From a virus (lineage: Duplodnaviria > Heunggongvirae > Uroviricota > Caudoviricetes), in IMG/VR virus record IMGVR_UViG_2541047911_000001, positions 1 through 15,556 of that record: a stretch of DNA of 15,556 nt. One strand, given 5' to 3'. A program made the position numbers and the translations under genes. Numbering within the stretch: position 1 is the stretch's first letter; each line of letters begins with the position of its first letter. Positions 7,644 through 15,217 of this stretch are shown in pieces. The notes beneath the pieces are model-generated. The model was not told the origin of the DNA, ran no database searches, and saw only the letters and a list, made by a program, of their open reading frames with translations.

Positions 7644-9445
7644 AAAACGCACCGAGTCTAAAATATCAGCCGAAGGATAAATTCACTGAGGTAATCATTT
7701 TTGCCGGGATGGATGCTTACGCCCATGCTCAACACTGGATTGAAAGTGAAGGACGAAAACACGGCGATAACGTGCCTCCTGTTTACCTGGGACCAAAGCA
7801 ACTGGCAGACCTGGCGAATATCCGCATTATTGACGAGAAACGCCGTTTTGCGCGTGTCTATATCGCGGGGGAGATAGAGCCAATCCAGATCAATACTATC
7901 GCTGAAAAGCTGGCGCTGGCTGGCGTACAGGAGGCGAAATTATACAAAGGTATCACCGACCAGGAACCGGAGAACTGGCGCGACTACCTGCAACGGATCC
8001 GCGAACAGGCTGAGCACGGGGAAGTTTCAGTGATGAAATTAGCTACAAAAAATAGTGGTCTACCCAAGCCTGCATTAAATCAGATGGGAGCCAGCCAGAG
8101 AGGGGAAGTGTTACTTGAACATTATGGAGGAGCACTGGCGATAAATGATGATTCTGATGTAGTTCACCATTACAACGGAATTGTTTGGGAGCCTGTATCT
8201 GATAAGGAACTCCAGCGGTCTATGGCGAAGATTTTTATTGATGCCGAAATTAGTTATTCGCAAAACGCCATTAAATTTGCCGTAGAGACAATGAAATTGA
8301 GTCTACCTGTTATGGGGGGAGCGGACAGAAATCTTATTGGGTTCAGTAACGGTGTTTTTGATATCAGGACAGGAAATTTTCGGGAACACAACAAAAATGA
8401 CTGGTTGTTAAATGCCAGTGAATTACCGTTCAGCCCGCCAGAAGAGGGGGAAACGCTGGCAACACATGCGCCGAATTTCTGGAAGTGGTTGCGTCGTTCG
8501 GTGGCGGATAATGCTCGTAAAGCGGATCGCGTACTGGCGGCATTATTCATGGTACTGGCGAACCGGTACGACTGGCAGTTATTCCTTGAGGTAACGGGGC
8601 CGGGCGGAAGCGGTAAAAGTGTGATGGCGGAGATTTGTACCATGCTGGCGGGTAAGGCCAATACAGTATCGGCGAGCATGAAGGCGCTGGAAGACGCGAG
8701 GGAACGAGCGTTAGTGGTGGGATATTCTCTGATTATCATGCCTGACATGACCCGCTACGCAGGTGATGGTGCTGGGATTAAGGCCATTACAGGCGGTGAC
8801 AAGGTGGCTATCGATCCGAAACACAAAGCGCCCTATTCCACGCGCGTTCCTGCGGTAGTGCTGGCAGTAAACAATTATGCCATGTCATTCAGCGACCGTA
8901 GTGGGGGGATCTCGCGTCGACGAGTAATATTTAATTTCTCTGAGGTTGTACCAGAGAACGAACGCGATCCGATGCTGGCGAAAAAGATAGAAGGGGAACT
9001 GGCAGTAGTGATTCGCCATTTGCTTACACGATTTGCCGACCAGGACGAAGCGAAAAGACTACTTTATGAGCAGCAAAAATCAGAAGAAGCACTGTTGATA
9101 AAGCGTGAAGGTGATTCGCTGGTGGACTTCTGCGGTTATCTGATGTCGTTGGTTAAATGTGAGGGAATGATAGTAGGTAATGCAGAAATAGTGCCATTTA
9201 GTCCGAGGCGATATCTGTATCATGCTTATTTGGCTTATATGTCTGCGCATGGTCTGGGAAAACCGGTATCACTGACACGCTTTGGTACAGATATGCCAGG
9301 GGCAATGGCTGAGTACGGAAAGGAGTACAAGCGGGCTAAATGCACTAAAGGTCCAGATAAAGGGCGAACGATCACAAATGTTCTGTTAGATAAAGATGCT
9401 GATGGATGGTTACCAGCAACGGCAGGCATTAACGACAGAACATGA
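7640..9445 (+). CDS. P4-family primase/helicase-type replication protein (P-loop NTPase, SF3-helicase-like), 601 aa, GTG start
   Basis: Walker A GPGGSGKS and a downstream hydrophobic-run-plus-Asp Walker B candidate (…LIIMPD…) are visible; size, position (followed by iterons) and architecture match P4 alpha C-terminal or PICI pri-rep proteins; no obvious zinc-binding primase motif. Confidence 0.8.
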   Translation: MKNAPSLKYQPKDKFTEVIIFAGMDAYAHAQHWIESEGRKHGDNVPPVYLGPKQLADLANIRIIDEKRRFARVYIAGEIEPIQINTIAEKLALAGVQEAKLYKGITDQEPENWRDYLQRIREQAEHGEVSVMKLATKNSGLPKPALNQMGASQRGEVLLEHYGGALAINDDSDVVHHYNGIVWEPVSDKELQRSMAKIFIDAEISYSQNAIKFAVETMKLSLPVMGGADRNLIGFSNGVFDIRTGNFREHNKNDWLLNASELPFSPPEEGETLATHAPNFWKWLRRSVADNARKADRVLAALFMVLANRYDWQLFLEVTGPGGSGKSVMAEICTMLAGKANTVSASMKALEDARERALVVGYSLIIMPDMTRYAGDGAGIKAITGGDKVAIDPKHKAPYSTRVPAVVLAVNNYAMSFSDRSGGISRRRVIFNFSEVVPENERDPMLAKKIEGELAVVIRHLLTRFADQDEAKRLLYEQQKSEEALLIKREGDSLVDFCGYLMSLVKCEGMIVGNAEIVPFSPRRYLYHAYLAYMSAHGLGKPVSLTRFGTDMPGAMAEYGKEYKRAKCTKGPDKGRTITNVLLDKDADGWLPATAGINDRT

Positions 9446-9473
9446 TACGAAATTTATAAGTTGAAACTTAAAA

Positions 9474-9809
9474 GTAGACGGTTGGTAGACAGATACACTT
9501 AACCCTCTACCAACCATCTACTAATTAATGTTTTGAATTATATAGGTATTTTTAATGTGGTAGAGAGGTGGACAGTTTATTTTATATTTCTAAACCACGG
9601 GGGTATCTAAAAATAGATAGTTATGGGTTCATTTTTAAAATTTTTCTTTTAACTATCTACACTGTCTACCATTTAGTAAAAGTCATTAATTATCAATGTA
9701 TTAATACTGTAGAGAGTTGGTAGACAGTTTGCAGATTGTTTTTTTGTTATGTATTAATAACATTAAATAAATCAAACAATTATATCGGTAGACAGTTGGT
9801 AGACAGTTG
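9474..9809. repeat. Origin-like AT-rich region with multiple GGTAGACAGTT-type iterons in both orientations
   Basis: GTAGACGGTTGGTAGACAG 9474-9492 with inverted partner CTCTACCAACCATCTAC 9505-9521; GTGGTAGAGAGGTGGACAGTT 9557-9577; ATCTACACTGTCTACC 9655-9670; CTGTAGAGAGTTGGTAGACAGTT 9707-9729; GGTAGACAGTTGGTAGACAGTTG 9787-9809; A/T-rich spacers, e.g. 9620-9650. Confidence 0.65.
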
Positions 9810-9814
9810 TAACG

Positions 9815-10357
9815 ATGGGGCAAAGCATGACTAAGCTGACCATTAACAGAAAACCGAAAGGCATTTACGGCACGCCGCAGAAAACGACGCAGGCGGCGCA
9901 GGAGCAGGATAAAACCACATCGGCGCATAAAGTGATGCCCGGTAACCAGAAAGCGCAGCAAAAGCCCACAGGGGCGACACCGTGGCGGCATATGACCAAA
10001 CGCCAGCGCAAAAACCGCAGGCGCGTTAACCGCCTCACTGAGTTGTGGCCTGACTTATTCAGCCGGGAAGCACCGAAGCCGCTTAAGGTGGGGATATTCG
10101 ACGACCTGATGCAGGATCTCGCCGTCAGGGGGCTGGCATTCGGGCCAGGGGCATTGCGTGCGACGCTGGCATCTTATGCGCAGTGTCCGCACTATTACCG
10201 CGCCTTAATGGCTGGTGGGGTACGCTACGACCTGAAAGGCCAGCCGTGCGGCGAGGTGACACCACAGGAACAACAGGACGCAGAAACGCGGCTGGTGGCG
10301 CTGAATGAGAAGCGCAAACGCCAGCGCCGGGCAGCAAAGGAGACAATAGGCGCATGA
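9815..10357 (+). CDS. ProQ/FinO-domain RNA-binding protein with a basic N-terminal extension, 180 aa
   Basis: Residues …LWPDLFSREAPKPLKVGIFDDLM…LRATLASYAQCPHYYRALMAGGVRYDLKGQPCGEVTPQEQQDAETRLVALNEKRKR align by eye with the E. coli ProQ N-terminal FinO-like domain (…RPLKIGIFQDLV…[35 protein letters not shown]…); an alternative start at ATG 9827 is possible. Confidence 0.75.
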   Translation: MGQSMTKLTINRKPKGIYGTPQKTTQAAQEQDKTTSAHKVMPGNQKAQQKPTGATPWRHMTKRQRKNRRRVNRLTELWPDLFSREAPKPLKVGIFDDLMQDLAVRGLAFGPGALRATLASYAQCPHYYRALMAGGVRYDLKGQPCGEVTPQEQQDAETRLVALNEKRKRQRRAAKETIGA

Positions 10358-10641
10358 TTCACGACAGCAAAGCGGAAGCACTGGAAGCGCGTGGTCTGTA
10401 CCGGAGAGCGGCGGCGCGGTGGGCTGAGGTCATCATGCTGGCGAATGATGACAAGGCACGGGAACAGGCGGCAAAACGTCGCGCGGAATGTATCCACAAG
10501 GCAGCACGCCCACCAGCAAAGCAGGATAATTTCGGGGAGATGCGCGAAACCATCAGCCGGGCACATGCCGGAATGGGATTACATCAGCCCAATGGTAAGG
10601 CATTCAGGAAATATCCTGGATCGAAAAATTGCAGTCAGTGA
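10354..10641 (+). CDS. PerC-family-like small transcriptional activator candidate, 95 aa
   Basis: Start overlaps the upstream stop; N-terminal MIHDSKAEALEARGLYRRAAARWAEV resembles, from memory, the conserved start of PerC/Pch-type proteins of prophage-like elements; tentative. Confidence 0.45.
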   Translation: MIHDSKAEALEARGLYRRAAARWAEVIMLANDDKAREQAAKRRAECIHKAARPPAKQDNFGEMRETISRAHAGMGLHQPNGKAFRKYPGSKNCSQ

Positions 10642-10644
10642 CGG

Positions 10645-10672
10645 AGGCCGGGATTTTTCCCGGCCTTATTGC
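10645..10672 (+). terminator. Rho-independent terminator-like hairpin after the perC-like gene
   Basis: GGCCGGG (10646-10652), loop ATTTTT, CCCGGCC (10659-10665), followed by a T-rich tract. Confidence 0.55.
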
Positions 10673-10751
10673 ATTTCATTAATTGCAATATTTATTGCTA
10701 TCATTTCATTTTGTGCAATTGTTGTGGTTGTTATTATTCGGGAGAAAAATC

Positions 10752-10919
10752 ATGAAAGGTCACGGAGTAAAGCCAGTTTTACTTTCCCGGAGGCAGATTG
10801 AAGCCCTGCAACGTATCCAGGACGAAGAGCGTCAGAAATCTGTGCTTGGTGTGGCGCCGTCGATTCATGTTATTGCCCGGCAACTGATGGATAAGGCACT
10901 TAAAGAGGTGAGACTGTGA
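10752..10919 (+). CDS. small hypothetical protein, 55 aa, possible DNA-binding regulator
   Basis: ATG at 10752 with GGGAGAAAAA Shine-Dalgarno; the ORF track's upstream start at 10683 lacks a ribosome-binding site and runs through the promoter region; translationally coupled to the next gene. Confidence 0.45.
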   Translation: MKGHGVKPVLLSRRQIEALQRIQDEERQKSVLGVAPSIHVIARQLMDKALKEVRL

Positions 10920-11188
10920 AATTAAATATCAGAGTGGATAAACGCCAGCTATGGCAGAAAAAAGAGAACAGCGAGGCATTCAGGGCGTTGCTGGTGGAAA
11001 ATCTTCAGCACCGGTTCAGTGGAGAGTTGCCTGATGCTCTAGGGAAGAAACTTGAATCCCTGACGGTGGAAATTGGCGATTATGGCTTTGTTGATGTTGA
11101 AAGCACGACTGCCAACACAGAAATCGTAAAACAGGTCGTCAATGATGTAATGAAAACCACGCTTAGCCAGCCATCCTGGCGCAACTGA
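10916..11188 (+). CDS. hypothetical protein, 90 aa
   Basis: GTGA start/stop overlap with the upstream gene; no family recognised. Confidence 0.5.
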   Translation: MKLNIRVDKRQLWQKKENSEAFRALLVENLQHRFSGELPDALGKKLESLTVEIGDYGFVDVESTTANTEIVKQVVNDVMKTTLSQPSWRN

Positions 11189-11287
11189 ATCAGTAAGGGG
11201 CGGTTATTGCCCCTTTCCTCCATACCCACAACGCATTCCCTTTCCGCATGAAATTATTTTTTATCGTATACGCATGAGGTGAGCTAC

Positions 11288-11815
11288 ATGTTGATGAGTA
11301 AAGCCGAATACGCCAAATACAAAGGCGTAAGCCGCCAGACAGTTTACGACTGGATCGAGAAAGGCGAAGTGATCATGTCTGGCAAAAAAATTGATGTGGA
11401 GGCGACAGAGCAGCGGAACAGCCCACCGGCACAAGGGAAAGACACCGTTTCTGAAATGTGGCCAGAAAGAACGCTGGAAATGACGTGGGGCGAGTTCTGG
11501 AAAGCAGTTAAGGCCAGAGACGGTAAAATTCCTTCGCCAGTAACGGACGATGACATACAGCAGCGTGTGCTGTATGCAGCCGGGGAATTAGGCTGGGAAG
11601 TGCACTTTCTTGATGATGGTGCTATCTGCCTTGAGGATGATGAAGGGCAGCATTACTTTGAAAAATACAATTTGCGAGGTAATGCCAGGCTGGCAATTCG
11701 TATGCTGCGTTGCGAACTCTGCTATGTTGCAGGTGATTATCCCGATGAACTGGAATCATGGAGTGAAACCGGGCTAAACGCCCTGGCTGAATGGGAAAAA
11801 TCAGACCATCAATGA
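11288..11815 (+). CDS. HTH-domain protein, 176 aa; candidate small-terminase-like / packaging-redirecting DNA-binding protein
   Basis: ATG at 11288 with GAGGTG Shine-Dalgarno 9 nt upstream (track uses GTG 11279); N-terminus MLMSKAEYAKYKGVSRQTVYDWIEKGEV is a winged-HTH pattern like the lambda Nu1 N-terminus and the AlpA/MerR class; followed immediately by a repeat array. Confidence 0.55.
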   Translation: MLMSKAEYAKYKGVSRQTVYDWIEKGEVIMSGKKIDVEATEQRNSPPAQGKDTVSEMWPERTLEMTWGEFWKAVKARDGKIPSPVTDDDIQQRVLYAAGELGWEVHFLDDGAICLEDDEGQHYFEKYNLRGNARLAIRMLRCELCYVAGDYPDELESWSETGLNALAEWEKSDHQ

Positions 11816-11818
11816 CAT

Positions 11819-12023
11819 CAAAAAGTGTCAAGTTGAGCAGCTTGCCAGGTTGACACTTTACACTCTGAACGCGAAAAAGTGTCAACCTCGCTGTAAACCC
11901 CGCCGTTACTGGCTTTGCGCCAGATTTACCACGTCAAAAAACCGAAAAATCGCGAAAAGTGTCAAGTTGCCATGCTTAGAAATGCTAAGGTTTGATAAGG
12001 TTTTTCGCGAAAAAGTGTCAACC
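11819..12023. repeat. Four direct copies and one inverted copy of (CG)AAAAGTGTCAA(G/C): candidate packaging (cosB-like) or regulatory site
   Basis: Direct copies at 11821-11833, 11874-11887, 11955-11969 and 12010-12022; inverted copy TTGACACTTT at 11850-11859. Confidence 0.5.
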
Positions 12024-12053
12024 AGCCCCCTAAGATTTCCTAAGGTGTAAACC

Positions 12054-12233
12054 ATGACCATCACCGAAGCCGATTTGCTGGAGATGATCCGCAGCATTGC
12101 CGGAATCAAACAACCAGCAAGCAAAATTAACAGGTGTTCAGCGCCTGTTTCCGTTGTGCTGCAACAGGAACGCCACCAGCATGATGATGTGAGGCCGTAT
12201 CAGTGGCGGAAACCGAACAGGCTGCGACGGTGA
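12054..12233 (+). CDS. possible small ORF, 59 aa, upstream of the cargo gene
   Basis: ATG at 12054 with AAGGTG 7 nt upstream; just under the ORF-track cutoff; hairpin-plus-T-run at ~12273-12296 downstream; coding status uncertain. Confidence 0.3.
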   Translation: MTITEADLLEMIRSIAGIKQPASKINRCSAPVSVVLQQERHQHDDVRPYQWRKPNRLRR

Positions 12234-12673
12234 GCGGGGCGTTATAGTAAGCCAACAGCCAAGCCAAACATTAAGCCTAAGGGTAGGGCTTTTTTGTGGC
12301 TGGTGGCGTAATGCCAACATTGTTACATGATGTTTTGAGGTATTATCTGCATGTTCGTGGTGAGGAACCACCAGAACTGATGAGCTTTTGTTTATGCATG
12401 TACTGCATGAAAACTGTCCTATAAAGTGGGGGTAGGTGTGCTGAGGAGAACATTGTGAGCTACGCCAAATTAAATTGTGTCGGGGGTGAACAAGTTTCTT
12501 GATAGGTGTCAGTAGGCACCTATAGTTATAGGCTTCTTCAATTTTGTGTGCACAATATTTTGTATTGATTGGGGATAGGGTTGCACGCAAAATTAAAAAA
12601 TGTATATTTATTAACGTGTATTTGATGATTTTTAAAAAAAATATTTCTCTATGTTTATCATAAAAGGTTTTTT

Positions 12674-14272
12674 ATGAGCGTGGCAATAAAAACAATGACA
12701 CCAATGTCATATTCTATAAAAGTTGATGCGATTAAGAAAAGATTGTCATATTTTAGTGATGTTTCTTTTTTGAGAAATTTTTATGAACACTTCCAAAAAG
12801 TAAGGGATGTCGAGGTGGGTATTGTTTCCAATTTCCCTTGGTGTTGCTATCTGGCAATGAAATGGAAGTTTTGCATGAAGGAAAAAAAGCCTGCAAAAGA
12901 AATGAGTAAAAATGATTTTATTGATATTATCAACTTAATCTATAACTTGCAACTAGAAGCATCTAATTTAATCGTTGATGATAAAGTTATGCTAAGCCTT
13001 AGACGAATGGTGATAAATCAGTTGCTTTATCAATCAACTGATAAATTTAATGCTAATTCATTAACAAGACAGTATATTTGGTATTGCTTGAATGATGAAT
13101 CATATTATAAAGATAAGTTTTTAGAATGTACTGGTTTACATTTGGAAAGCTATTACAAAATGGCATGTTATTTTACTGCTATTTCATGTATTAATCCTGA
13201 TGTAGAATCAGAGGTTATTCCATTTAAACACTTGATAATAAACTTGGTTCCGATATTTGGTCCGGAACAAGTGAAAAAATTTTTGGAATTAACATGCTTA
13301 AAAATTGATGGTGTAAGAGATTTTATTGCCCCATATAAATTGGATAAAAACATTACCGCTGAGTATTATGAAGATACACCATTCCTCAGTAAACCAATGT
13401 TTTTAGATGGCGATGGTGTAGTGATATTATGCAAAAGAATCATGAAGTCAGGGTTTGTCAACCTAGTTCCAGAATTGTTCAAGCAGGTCTATAAGGAATC
13501 TTATAAAGAAAAATTTGGTAAGACGATGGAACTTTATATTTCTCGCTTTCTTGATAAGTACAATTATAACTTTAAGACTGAAAGGGAGGTTAAGAAGATT
13601 TATAGTGATAATGCAATAAAAAATTGCAAGTCCGTAGATTTTGTTATTTCAGAGGGAGATTCAATAGTTTATATTGACTCGAAGGCAATAGAGCCTGCAA
13701 AGTTCGTTAAAACATCTAATAATGCTCAGTTGCTAAAGGAAAGGTTGAATAAGAGTTTTATTAAAGGGATTTATCAAGGTCAGGAATGTGCTTTTAACTT
13801 AAATAAAATAGAGATGAGAAAACCATCTTCGAAAGATTCAATGTTAATTGTGGTGCATCGGGATCATCATATATCAAATGCAATGGTTGTGCAGGATTTT
13901 ATTAACCCTGATTTATCAACTGAGTTATCTGAAAAATATCATAGTACCCCCATTGATCTAAAAAGAATTTACTATATAACAATTGATGAGTTCGAATTAT
14001 TACTTATGATGTGTAAACAGAAAGAACTATCTATTAATGAGTTTATTGATATGTGTGTGGAAAAAGATTCATTCCCTCATACTCAGAAGTCTAATCTAAG
14101 CATGCACATATATGAATTTGCACCAGAGGGTATTGATGATGATCAATTGATTGTAAAAGGAAGAGACTTACTGATTGATGATGTTATTGAAAATATGAAA
14201 GAGAGTGCATCAAAATGGTCTGGGAAAGTTGATATGTATCTTAAAATAAAAGATTATATTTTTAATTGGTAA
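12674..14272 (+). CDS. AT-rich orphan protein of unknown function, 532 aa; candidate anti-phage defence / abortive-infection effector with a possible PD-(D/E)xK-like core
   Basis: Long uninterrupted ORF with a composition very different from the rest of the island; AAAAGG Shine-Dalgarno 8 nt before the ATG; AT-rich promoter-like leader; perfect hairpin downstream; last gene before attR. Confidence 0.8.
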   Translation: MSVAIKTMTPMSYSIKVDAIKKRLSYFSDVSFLRNFYEHFQKVRDVEVGIVSNFPWCCYLAMKWKFCMKEKKPAKEMSKNDFIDIINLIYNLQLEASNLIVDDKVMLSLRRMVINQLLYQSTDKFNANSLTRQYIWYCLNDESYYKDKFLECTGLHLESYYKMACYFTAISCINPDVESEVIPFKHLIINLVPIFGPEQVKKFLELTCLKIDGVRDFIAPYKLDKNITAEYYEDTPFLSKPMFLDGDGVVILCKRIMKSGFVNLVPELFKQVYKESYKEKFGKTMELYISRFLDKYNYNFKTEREVKKIYSDNAIKNCKSVDFVISEGDSIVYIDSKAIEPAKFVKTSNNAQLLKERLNKSFIKGIYQGQECAFNLNKIEMRKPSSKDSMLIVVHRDHHISNAMVVQDFINPDLSTELSEKYHSTPIDLKRIYYITIDEFELLLMMCKQKELSINEFIDMCVEKDSFPHTQKSNLSMHIYEFAPEGIDDDQLIVKGRDLLIDDVIENMKESASKWSGKVDMYLKIKDYIFNW

Positions 14273-14276
14273 TTAA

Positions 14277-14304
14277 GCAAGGGTGTTATTATCAACACCC
14301 TTGC
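14277..14304 (+). terminator. Perfect 11-bp-stem hairpin after the cargo gene (terminator-like; no strong T-run)
   Basis: GCAAGGGTGTT (14277-14287), loop ATTATC, AACACCCTTGC (14294-14304). Confidence 0.5.
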
Positions 14305-15048
14305 TCATAGTCTTACAATATTAAATGTTGTGTTTTTTATTTATATATTTTATTGCCCGTCAAGCTATTAATTCATCTCGTTGTTTGAGATAGGTTGAGC
14401 ATTTGTATTTTTTTATCAATTTTATCTGTATGAGCTTAAGCAGCTTCAATAATATCTGCGTTAAATTACGCTTCATTCAGAGACGTGCTTGCTATTGACA
14501 TGTAATCCATGTGCAACAAGATTCCTGCCATAACTTATGCGTTTCAGAGCCGAATCATGGACTGCTTTAAGTCATTTTTGTAGGGAAAACATGTTCACAT
14601 GTCAGCACTGATTTGTTTCATCACATATCCACTATCTCGAATTCCTGTGTCGATAGATGAATGCAGACGGAAATATGTAAATTTTGTGCACGCTCTGCTA
14701 TTAAGCGAAAACGAGCGTGGGTATATCAACTAATAATTGCCCTCATTAACATAGGTGGTGGCGGGTATAATCTCTGTAACCCAGTTGTTCGTGACTACCC
14801 ACCTCGTCAAATTTTCACACCCGCGAAATAAAAAATACTTCACGCTAGTGGTTATCCTTGGGCATCCACCAGCCCTTCATCATTGCCTGCCGGTGAGGCT
14901 GAGGCTCGAAGAAAAAGAGTGCTAGATAGTCGATTTTTGCCTGGTTTGGGATAAGGGAAAATTTATTGGGGGTACTTTTGGGGGTATCTATAAAAATGAA
15001 ATATGAAAATATCATTAAATATCAATGTATTTGTTGTTTATGTTTTGT

Positions 15049-15217
15049 TCCTATTATCGCCCATTCTAACGTCTCCCCAAGTCTACTCAAGTATTTAAAA
15101 ACCTCTTATAATCAGTATATTAATGCCCCTTTTAGTCTTTTGACGTCTATTTAAGTACCCCAAACTCTACAAGCAATTGAGGGGATTTGCTGTTCAGTTT
15201 AGTGGAGATACCCCCAA
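15049..15217. repeat. attR of the first island / left junction of a second tandem island
   Basis: TCCTATTATCG at 15049-15059 followed by a near-identical copy of the sequence found after thrW at 1445-1610. Confidence 0.8.

Larger units (their letters stand above)
1428..15059 (+). mobile_element. Integrated satellite-type genomic island (P4-related / PICI-like) inserted in the 3' end of thrW, ~13.6 kb
   Basis: Bounded by direct repeats of the tRNA 3' end; gene order integrase - AlpA regulator - replication protein - iteron origin - packaging-like module - AT-rich cargo; thrW is a known integration hotspot. Confidence 0.75.

Noticed and set aside
10391-10801. 136-aa alternative-frame ORF overlapping the perC-like gene and the terminator
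   Set aside because: Runs through a terminator hairpin and promoter region; low-complexity translation; the in-phase coupled gene 10354-10641 explains the region better.
3767-12023. Whether any of the three repeat arrays (3767-3909, 9474-9809, 11819-12023) is a CRISPR array
   Set aside because: Repeats are short (11-25 bp), irregularly spaced, partly inverted, and no cas genes are present.
12138-12590. 150-aa minus-strand ORF in the cargo leader
   Set aside because: His/Pro/Ser-rich non-protein-like translation with no ribosome-binding site.
12674-14272. Cargo gene as a reverse transcriptase, retron or known ATPase-type defence protein
   Set aside because: No YxDD-type RT motif, no Walker A, no adjacent structured ncRNA recognisable; left as unknown.
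3942-14813. 13-bp exact match ACCTCGTCAAATT at 3942-3954 and 14801-14813
   Set aside because: A single 13-mer match in a 15.5-kb window is about what chance predicts; no supporting structure around it.
14966-15154. 62-aa ORF spanning attR
   Set aside because: Crosses the att core and the duplicated integrase leader; Cys/Ile-rich; almost certainly non-coding.
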